A DNA stretch of 64,000 nt, taken from assembly GCA_028286605.1 (NCBI GenBank), contig JAQBRE010000002.1, positions 124,219 through 188,218 of the forward strand, written 5' to 3'. The first letter of the stretch is position 1. The number at the start of each line of letters is the position of its first letter. The notes under the pieces are model-generated. The model was not told the DNA's origin. It was given only the letters and a program-made list of their open reading frames with translations, and did no database searches. Shown piece by piece: positions 57,775 to 64,000 of this stretch. Source of the stretch: Parcubacteria group bacterium (GTDB lineage Bacteria > Patescibacteriota > Minisyncoccia > Phycocordibacterales > Phycocordibacteraceae). Made by a program: the position numbers and the translations under genes.

Positions 57775-58383
57775 ATGGCAATACCACACCCGAAAACCGA
57801 ACGTACGTTCGTCATTATCAAGCCGGACGGCATTCAGCGCGGTCTCGTAGGAGAGATCATCAAGCGTTTCGAGCGCACGGGCCTCAAGCTCGTCGGCATG
57901 AAGATGACCGTCGCAGACAAGGAGCGTATCTGGAAGCATTACAACAAGGATGACGCCTGGTTCATCAAGAAGGGAACCAACATCGCTGCGGAACGCGCTG
58001 CAGCCGGTCTCTCCGCAGAGAAAGAACCTATCGAATACGGTAAGGACATCATCCGCGCTCTCGAGAAGTACATGACCTGCAGCCCGTCTGTGATGATGGT
58101 GTGGGAAGGAAATCAGGCCGTCGTGGTCGTGAAGAAACTCACCGGTACCACAGAGCCTGCGACCTCAGACGTCGGTACTATCCGCGGCGATTTCACGACT
58201 GATTCGTATGGAATCTCTGCCGTTGATGATCGCGCCGTACGCAATCTCATCCACTGCACCGAATTCCCTGAAGAAGCAGAAGGTGAAATCAATCTCTGGT
58301 TCACCCCTGAGGAACTCATCAGCTATCGCCAGATCTCTGAAGCGATGCTGTACGACGTTAACCTCGACGGCATACTGGAATAA
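57775..58383 (+). CDS. ndk: Nucleoside diphosphate kinase (long form)
   Basis: ERTFVIIKPDG, NLIHCTEF-like active-site region. Confidence 0.85.
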   Translation: MAIPHPKTERTFVIIKPDGIQRGLVGEIIKRFERTGLKLVGMKMTVADKERIWKHYNKDDAWFIKKGTNIAAERAAAGLSAEKEPIEYGKDIIRALEKYMTCSPSVMMVWEGNQAVVVVKKLTGTTEPATSDVGTIRGDFTTDSYGISAVDDRAVRNLIHCTEFPEEAEGEINLWFTPEELISYRQISEAMLYDVNLDGILE

Positions 58384-58552
58384 CTCACCGGGTTCCGTGT
58401 ATACTGGTTTTCGGAGCTGCTTCTCAAAAATGCAACTTGCTTAAATCTCGGGAGTCTTTATCGTCGAAGGATAGTGAACATTTTATGCTCTACGTCCTCG
58501 GCAGCGGACACCCACGTGGCACAAAAAGTTGCCACAGAGAGGCAGTTCCATA

Positions 58553-58579
58553 GAAAAACCCATCCTTTGGATGGGTTTT
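58553..58579 (+). terminator. Intrinsic terminator in the ndk-downstream intergenic region
   Basis: aaaaacccatcc-tttg-gatgggttttt. Confidence 0.7.
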
Positions 58580-58586
58580 TCTATTC

Positions 58587-58615
58587 ATTGACTTTTATGT
58601 AATAAATGGCTATAT
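58587..58615 (+). promoter_or_regulatory. Near-consensus sigma70-like promoter
   Basis: TTGACT-17nt-TATATT. Confidence 0.55.
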
Positions 58616-58714
58616 TCATACGGCTTAGTTCCTTGATATTTGTGAACATAGTAGGCGTTAAGCTGTCTGCACTCCGCAGATCGGTCATGCGCAAAACCTG
58701 AAAAGGATATCGTC

Positions 58715-59359
58715 ATGGGTAAGTCCGTCTCACGCGGTCAAGCTCTCGAGCTTATGGCTGTTCTGTCCCGAGATATAAATTGGGACAGGCTGACCTCTGA
58801 GCAAGTCCAGTTCGTCATCGATCTGCCGATTGAGAAACGCCGCGACCTGTTCACTTATTTTCTGCAGGACTCGCCTCAGCAATTACCGTGGAATGTGGGT
58901 TTCTTAAAGCTGATAATCAACAACGTCCAACTCAGCGCTGATGCCACCACAAACGATCCACAGGAGTACTTCAAGACGCGCACGGGACTCTGGGTCTCCG
59001 ACGACTTCAAGAACCGGATCCTGACAAAGGTGCAGCCTGTTGAAAACCTTCACCCGACGACACTGAAGCTCTTCGAGCTCAAGAAGAACGCGTACGACCG
59101 CGAGATCACGCCCGAACTCGGCGAGAACTACCTCTTCGACGAGTCCGAGCTCTGCGCCCGCATCGAACAGATGATCGAGAAGCAGCCCAATGGGGAAGAG
59201 GGTGACCCCCTCAACAACGGCCACGTTAATCTGTTCTATGTGGCGGGCTGCGTGGTCGGCGTGCGCTGGAACTCCGACAACCGGGGGTGGGACGTCGGCT
59301 CGTGGGACCTCGGCGTCGGCAGCTGGAGCGCTGGCTATCGCGTGTTCTCTCGCAACTGA
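58715..59359 (+). CDS. Hypothetical protein (214 aa)
   Basis: Promoter about 100 nt upstream. SD-like AAAGGA. Confidence 0.45.
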   Translation: MGKSVSRGQALELMAVLSRDINWDRLTSEQVQFVIDLPIEKRRDLFTYFLQDSPQQLPWNVGFLKLIINNVQLSADATTNDPQEYFKTRTGLWVSDDFKNRILTKVQPVENLHPTTLKLFELKKNAYDREITPELGENYLFDESELCARIEQMIEKQPNGEEGDPLNNGHVNLFYVAGCVVGVRWNSDNRGWDVGSWDLGVGSWSAGYRVFSRN

Positions 59360-59475
59360 ACCTTATTCCCTTGGGCGAGTCCGGCAATTCGGCCGGACTC
59401 GCCACCAAATACCTAGGATTTCTTTGATACTTTGTATCTTTGAAACCTGGGTATTTTCTTTTGTATACTGTACGC

Positions 59476-59838
59476 ATGCGTTTACGTTGGCTCTTCATCG
59501 CGCTCGGCCTTGCAGCTCTTCTGCTGGCTATACATCTGTACGCGCTCGAGCACTTCCTTTATTGGTATTATCGCTGGCTCGATACGCCGATGCACATCCT
59601 GGCAGGCGCGATGATGGGTGCGGCAGTGATAGGGGTTCTTCTTAAATTTCGCCCGTATAGCTATATCATTGCTATACTCGTTGGTGCGCTTGGCTGGGAG
59701 CTTTTCGAATATATCTTCGGGATTTCGACGGGGCAGCCGGACTACGTGCTAGATACCTTTCACGACATTCTGAATGATTTCGCTGGTGCAATTATCATCT
59801 ACATAATCGCTCGATACACGGTATGGCGCTCACACTAA
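59476..59838 (+). CDS. Small polytopic membrane protein (VanZ-like?)
   Basis: TM helices. GWELFEY...DTFHDILNDFAGAII. TTGAAA-18-TATACT promoter-like 8 nt upstream (possible leaderless start). Confidence 0.4.
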   Translation: MRLRWLFIALGLAALLLAIHLYALEHFLYWYYRWLDTPMHILAGAMMGAAVIGVLLKFRPYSYIIAILVGALGWELFEYIFGISTGQPDYVLDTFHDILNDFAGAIIIYIIARYTVWRSH

Positions 59839-61211
59839 CATTCTGCGGAGGCGGAGATACCGTCACCGGTTCTAATTTCCTTATCGAAGGTGCTCGCGGC
59901 AAGATGCTGGTGGATTGCGGCATAGAGCAGGGAAGGGATTTCGTCGAGAAAGAGATGTACGCGCCATTTCCGTATGATGTTCCGAGCCTGGACGCGCTCG
60001 TCATAACGCACGCGCATCTGGACCATATCGGCCGTGCTCCGAAGCTCATGCGCGAAGGCTTCAAGGGAAAGGTCTATGTGACCCCGCCGACCCGCGATCT
60101 CATGGATATCATGCTTCGCGACAGTGCCCGCATACTGGCCGAGAACGCGCGTAGTCATGGGATACCTGCGATGTATGACGATAGGGATATAGACGCGCTC
60201 ATGAGCCGTATAGAGACCGTGGAGTACCACAAGGAATGGATAGCGGCACCGGGGCTTTCCTGCATTATGCGTAATACTGGCCACATTCTTGGTTCCGGCA
60301 GCGTTCGCATTACGGATGAGGACGGCACGGGCCTTGCGCTCACGGGAGACATCGGCGCAACGCCGAATGTATATCTGCGCGATGCCGAAGCAATCGACGA
60401 CGCAGACGTGATGGTTATGGAAAGCGTGTATGGCGATAGGAAGAATACGGAGAAAGGAGATCGAGTTCCGGAGTTACGTGACGCGTTGAAGCGCGCCTTG
60501 GCGCGCGGCGGAACGATTCTCATTCCGGCATTCTCGCTTGAACGCACGCAGCTTATGCTCTATGAGTTTTCTAACCTGATGGATGCCGGAGAGATCCCTC
60601 GGATTCCGGTATACCTTGATTCGCCGCTCGCGATAAAGGCAACGGAAGTGTATGAGAAATATGCAGAGAACTATTTCCGTCCTGAAGCCGTTGAGGAGCT
60701 GCATCACGAGAAGAGTCTTTTCAAGTTCCCGTTCCTGAAAGAGACCACATCACGCGAAGCATCGATGGCGATATGGCAGGATCATGGTCCGAAGATAATC
60801 ATGGCGGGCGCAGGTATGAGCCATGGCGGCCGCATCGGCCGCCATGAGCAGAAGTATCTTCCTGATCCCACCACGACCCTCATGATCGTGGGCTATCAGG
60901 CCCCTGGGAGCCCAGGACGCCTGCTTCAGGACGGAGTGAAGCATGTACGTATCGATAAGAAAGATGTGCACGTACGCGCCACGATAGAGTCCTTCAGCGG
61001 CTGGTCTGCGCATGCAGATCGTGACGGTCTTCTAGATTTCGCACATATGGCGCAACCACGTGCGAAGACGATTTTCACGGCGCTCGGCGAGCCGTCCTCG
61101 GCTCGCTTCCTCGCGCAGCGCATTCACGAATACCTCGGTGTTACCGCAATCGTCCCTGAAAAGAATCAGAAGTGGGAAATAACGAAAGTAGGTGCGAAGA
61201 GACTGTCTTGA
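59823..61211 (+). CDS. MBL-fold beta-CASP family ribonuclease/hydrolase (CPSF/RNase J-like)
   Basis: HAHLDH motif, beta-CASP middle region, C-terminal RNA-metabolising MBL region. 462 aa. Confidence 0.7.
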   Translation: MALTLTFCGGGDTVTGSNFLIEGARGKMLVDCGIEQGRDFVEKEMYAPFPYDVPSLDALVITHAHLDHIGRAPKLMREGFKGKVYVTPPTRDLMDIMLRDSARILAENARSHGIPAMYDDRDIDALMSRIETVEYHKEWIAAPGLSCIMRNTGHILGSGSVRITDEDGTGLALTGDIGATPNVYLRDAEAIDDADVMVMESVYGDRKNTEKGDRVPELRDALKRALARGGTILIPAFSLERTQLMLYEFSNLMDAGEIPRIPVYLDSPLAIKATEVYEKYAENYFRPEAVEELHHEKSLFKFPFLKETTSREASMAIWQDHGPKIIMAGAGMSHGGRIGRHEQKYLPDPTTTLMIVGYQAPGSPGRLLQDGVKHVRIDKKDVHVRATIESFSGWSAHADRDGLLDFAHMAQPRAKTIFTALGEPSSARFLAQRIHEYLGVTAIVPEKNQKWEITKVGAKRLS

Positions 61212-61286
61212 CGAGCTGGTCGAGGTTTTGGTACCATATCTCTACAACGACTTCGGTCCCGGTCCATCCGAAAGGGTGAGATTAGT

Positions 61287-61326
61287 AAAAGCGGTCATTG
61301 ATCAACAAAGATCAATGACCGCTTTT
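61287..61326. terminator. Perfect 16-bp inverted repeat (bidirectional terminator)
   Basis: aaaagcggtcattgat-caacaaag-atcaatgaccgctttt. Confidence 0.7.
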
Positions 61327-61691
61327 CGTATTCTTTGGTGTTCTTCTTTAGAAATAATTCCCATCCTCTTTAGCAGACGTTTTGCATCGAGAGGTCGCAT
61401 TTGAGATGTAATAGCTGACTCACTCGACCCATCTTCTAAAATAATGGGCATATAGTAAGGATTATTTTCTTTAATCTTTTCTGAAAGAGGTATTGCCCAA
61501 AACAGTTCTGTATTGAATTTTTTATACACAAGAACCGGTCTTCTAAAAGAACGACCTTTTCCGTTTTGCTCAGAGCCCACATTTTCTCCAAGTGCTAACC
61601 ACCAGATCTCCCGCTCCTTAAAGAACGGCCTTTCTTTTCGAGAATCGATCTGAATCTTTCTCTTATTCCATTTAGTAAGATTCTTTTCCAT
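61302..61691 (-). CDS. MazF/PemK-like toxin-fold protein with a basic 26-aa N-terminal extension; no adjacent antitoxin
   Basis: REIWWLALGENVGSEQNGKGRSFRRPVLV matches the Kid/PemK/MazF N-terminal signature. AT-rich islet. Confidence 0.5.
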   Translation of the reverse strand: MEKNLTKWNKRKIQIDSRKERPFFKEREIWWLALGENVGSEQNGKGRSFRRPVLVYKKFNTELFWAIPLSEKIKENNPYYMPIILEDGSSESAITSQMRPLDAKRLLKRMGIISKEEHQRIRKAVIDLC

Positions 61692-61779
61692 TCACGTAAA
61701 CCCTAACAAAACAGAGGTCTAAGAATCTTAAAGAGAAAGTAAAATTTTCCTGAATTTAGTTTTGATATACTTTACATAT

Positions 61780-62109
61780 ATGACCATTGAACACAGCAAG
61801 GTAACGTCCGCGTTCGAACTGGACGGAATGAAGGTTACGAAGAATCTGGGAATTGTGCGCGGTATCGTCGTGCGTTCACGTTCTGTCGTGGGAACTATCG
61901 GTGCAGGGTTGCAGAGTCTCTTTGGTGGAAACATCACGCTGTATGAGGAACTCTGCGAGAAAGCGCGCGAACAGGCCTTCGAGCGTATGCTCGATCATGG
62001 CGCAGCGCTCGGTGCTAATGCGATTATCGGCATGCGCTATGACGCTACCGAAGTAATGCAGGGAATTACGGAAGTGCTCGCCTACGGTACGGCAGTGGTC
62101 GTTGAGTAG
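61780..62109 (+). CDS. ybjQ: YbjQ family (UPF0145) protein
   Basis: [52 protein letters not shown] closely matches YbjQ. Confidence 0.8.
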   Translation: MTIEHSKVTSAFELDGMKVTKNLGIVRGIVVRSRSVVGTIGAGLQSLFGGNITLYEELCEKAREQAFERMLDHGAALGANAIIGMRYDATEVMQGITEVLAYGTAVVVE

Positions 62110-62137
62110 GGAAGAAGAGGTGTGCGAGATAAAAGAA

Positions 62138-62165
62138 AAGGCCCCGCAAAGCGGGGCCTTTTCTT
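62138..62165. terminator. Bidirectional intrinsic terminator (ybjQ / rplT)
   Basis: aaaaggccccgc-aaa-gcggggcctttt. Confidence 0.75.
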
Positions 62166-62178
62166 TTTCGTATGTGGC

Positions 62179-62529
62179 TTACGCCATCACCTTCGTCGCG
62201 ATGCGCGTGAACGCTTCAGGATCCATCTGTGCGATCTCAGAGAGCACTTTGCGGTCGAGACCGATCTGCTTCTTCGTGAGCGCGTCGATGAACGTGCTGT
62301 ATGACTTGAAGCCGTTCTCGCGGATAGCGGCATTCAGGCGGACGATCCAAAGCTGACGGAAGTCCGTCTTCTTGTCGCGACGGTGGTTGAACGCATTCTT
62401 TCCGGCATGCACGAGCGACTCCTTCGCGAGGCGGACCTTGGTGCTGCGGCCATGGCGATAGCCCTTGGCGCGCTTCAATATGTTGCGTCGGCGCTTCGCT
62501 GACGTGACTCCTCCTTTTACTCGTGACAT
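62179..62529 (-). CDS. rplT: 50S ribosomal protein L20
   Basis: MSRVKGGVTSAKRRRNILKRAKGYRH. Confidence 0.9.
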   Translation of the reverse strand: MSRVKGGVTSAKRRRNILKRAKGYRHGRSTKVRLAKESLVHAGKNAFNHRRDKKTDFRQLWIVRLNAAIRENGFKSYSTFIDALTKKQIGLDRKVLSEIAQMDPEAFTRIATKVMA

Positions 62530-62551
62530 ACGGAAATGATTATTAAATTAC

Positions 62552-62743
62552 TTACTTAACTTTGCCCGAAAGGAACTGGCGACGAATGTGATTCGTAACC
62601 GTAAGGGAAATCGGGTGCTTCTTCACGCCCTTCGTGCGGCCGCCTTCCTTCGCATTGAAATGGTCCTGACCAGCCTTACGCGCTACGAGCTTGCCGTTCT
62701 TGGTTACGCGTATGCGCTTGGTGTATGACTTGTTAGTTTTCAT
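62552..62743 (-). CDS. rpmI: 50S ribosomal protein L35
   Basis: 63 aa, MKTNKSYTKRIRVTKNGKL. Confidence 0.85.
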   Translation of the reverse strand: MKTNKSYTKRIRVTKNGKLVARKAGQDHFNAKEGGRTKGVKKHPISLTVTNHIRRQFLSGKVK

Positions 62744-62748
62744 GGTGG

Positions 62749-63327
62749 TTACTTAGGTTCAGGAACGATTGCTTCTTCGGGCCGCTTGGGGGCTGCTGCG
62801 CCTGGAACGGCTTTCGGATCACGTTCGACGATGCCTGCGAAGCCTTTCGGCGCGCGGGCTACCGGCTCAGCGATACGATAGGGGTAGGGAATCAGGTTGA
62901 GGAACTTCTCAAGACGTGTCTTGAGGAATACCTCATCCATTCCCTTGTAGCGACCCTTGAGGAACAGCTCGGCGCGGACGCGATGACCATCAGCGAGCCA
63001 TTCGGCTGCTTTCTTGGCTTTGAGAGCCATATCATGGTCTCCGGTGCCCACTTTTATCTGTACTTCCTTGGTTTCAGAGACTTTCGCCTTGGAACGAGCT
63101 GCACTCTCTTTCTTGCTACGCTCGTACTCGAATTTACCATAATCCATGATTTTCGCAACCGGCGGGACCGCATTCGGCGAGATTTCGATGAGATCCAGAT
63201 TCAGCTCCTGAGCAGCCTTGAATGCGGCGTCAAAGCTCAAAACACCCAGGTTTTCACCCTGGGCTCCGACGACGCGCAGTTCCTTCGCCGTTATCTCACG
63301 ATTAATACGTACTCGTTCGGTAGCCAA
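62749..63327 (-). CDS. infC: Translation initiation factor IF-3
   Basis: IF3 N- and C-domains. True start may be a non-ATG codon. Confidence 0.85.
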   Translation of the reverse strand: MATERVRINREITAKELRVVGAQGENLGVLSFDAAFKAAQELNLDLIEISPNAVPPVAKIMDYGKFEYERSKKESAARSKAKVSETKEVQIKVGTGDHDMALKAKKAAEWLADGHRVRAELFLKGRYKGMDEVFLKTRLEKFLNLIPYPYRIAEPVARAPKGFAGIVERDPKAVPGAAAPKRPEEAIVPEPK

Positions 63328-63401
63328 TGTAGGGTCATAATAGCACGAAAAACAAGTAGCTACAAGGGTTTATTCCGGCGAAAGTGGTAGTATGAAGGCA
63401 T

Positions 63402-63821
63402 ATGGCGGCATTCAAGGGCACGAAAGTAGCATTATTCTTCCAAGGATCACTCATTGTCTATCTTCGAGACGATAAGCCGACCATTCCTTATCCGAATATG
63501 TGGGATTTTCCGGGAGGCGGCAGGGAAGATGAGGAGACACCGCTCGAGTGCATTACGCGGGAAATTGAGGAGGAATTCTCGCTCAAGCTCACCCCCGAGA
63601 TGTTCACGTGGCAGAAGGCCTTTCCGGCTATGAATGATCCGGAGCATGAATCCTACTTCTTCGTGGCACGCATCGGGAAGGATCTCTTCAGTACTATCAA
63701 GTTCGGTTCGGAAGGCCAGCACTGGCAGATGATGAGCGTTCGGGATTTTATGGAGCATCCGCAGGGCATTCCTCCACTGAAGATGTGGTTGCAGGATTAT
63801 CTGGATACGAATGTCGGATAA
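63402..63821 (+). CDS. NUDIX hydrolase
   Basis: Nudix box GGGREDEETPLECITREIEEEFSL. Confidence 0.75.
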   Translation: MAAFKGTKVALFFQGSLIVYLRDDKPTIPYPNMWDFPGGGREDEETPLECITREIEEEFSLKLTPEMFTWQKAFPAMNDPEHESYFFVARIGKDLFSTIKFGSEGQHWQMMSVRDFMEHPQGIPPLKMWLQDYLDTNVG

Positions 63822-64000
63822 GAAAAAGATTTACGGAGTGCTGATCGGGGTCGTGCTGGTTGCTGCTGCAGGACTTCTTCTGTATCGGCTCGGTGCCGAA
63901 CCGTTTCAGGATTACGACGAAGCGACCTATGCAGAAGTGACGGCCGAAAGCATGGCGCATGGAAACTTTCTCTCGTTTACGTTTCTTAATAATCACTATT
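63811..64000 (+). CDS. Glycosyltransferase family 39 (ArnT/PMT-like) membrane protein, 5' fragment (runs off window)
   Basis: N-terminal TM + LYRLGAEPFQDYDEATYAEV motif typical of the GT39 N-terminus. Confidence 0.45.
   Translation, partial: MSDKKKIYGVLIGVVLVAAAGLLLYRLGAEPFQDYDEATYAEVTAESMAHGNFLSFTFLNNHY

Noticed and set aside
58384-58714. Searched the ndk-downstream region, and the 40300-40507 tuf leader, for tmRNA, SRP RNA, RNase P or tRNA signatures
   Set aside because: No GGUUCGA T-loop/acceptor pairing, no SRP domain-IV motif and no tag-peptide reading frame were found. Left as an unclassified structured region.
61728-61937. 69-aa minus-strand ORF upstream of the MazF-like gene, considered as a possible antitoxin
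   Set aside because: It is antisense to a clearly genuine ybjQ gene, so it is almost certainly not expressed as a protein.

Overview
This 64 kb window is a compact, gene-dense stretch of bacterial chromosome at roughly 55% GC. It is dominated by core information-processing genes. A str block runs rpsL, rpsG, fusA, tuf, rpsJ. An S10/spc block runs rplC, rplD, rplW, rplB, rpsS, rplV, rpsC, rplP, rpmC, rpsQ, rplN, rplX, rplE, rpsN, rpsH, rplF, rplR, rpsE, rplO, secY, adk, map. Also present are ndk; an infC-rpmI-rplT operon on the minus strand; nusA, ppa, clpP, rny, hup, rarA, recJ, rnhA, tpiA and pgk.

Several features point to a reduced-genome, Patescibacteria/CPR-like lineage; this is an inference from the sequence, not a database hit. 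rpsE is followed directly by rplO with no rpmD (L30). infA-rpmJ-rpsM-rpsK are absent after map. ComEC is split into two genes. Many type IV pilin-like genes are present. Several ribosomal proteins carry lysine/alanine-rich or repeat extensions. Most core genes lack a Shine-Dalgarno sequence.

The ribosomal super-operon is unusually fragmented. Four accessory insertions sit between otherwise adjacent ribosomal genes: a pilin cassette between fusA and tuf, a ~1 kb element between rpsJ and rplC, a ~2.2 kb element between rplB and rpsS, and a ~0.56 kb element between rplE and rpsN. Each insertion ends in an intrinsic terminator and is followed by a promoter-like sequence.

Other content includes a type IV pilus set (pilB, pilC, a major pilin and a three-gene pseudopilin cluster); two toxin-antitoxin-like loci (a ParD/RelE pair next to a PadR/PspC pair, and an orphan MazF/PemK-like toxin); a large secreted lipase-like hydrolase; a secreted trypsin-like protease; and stress genes (sod, an E. 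coli GstA-like gst, YciI, HIT, Nudix). One tRNA-Gly(UCC) was found. No CRISPR array and no rRNA, integrase or transposase genes were found.
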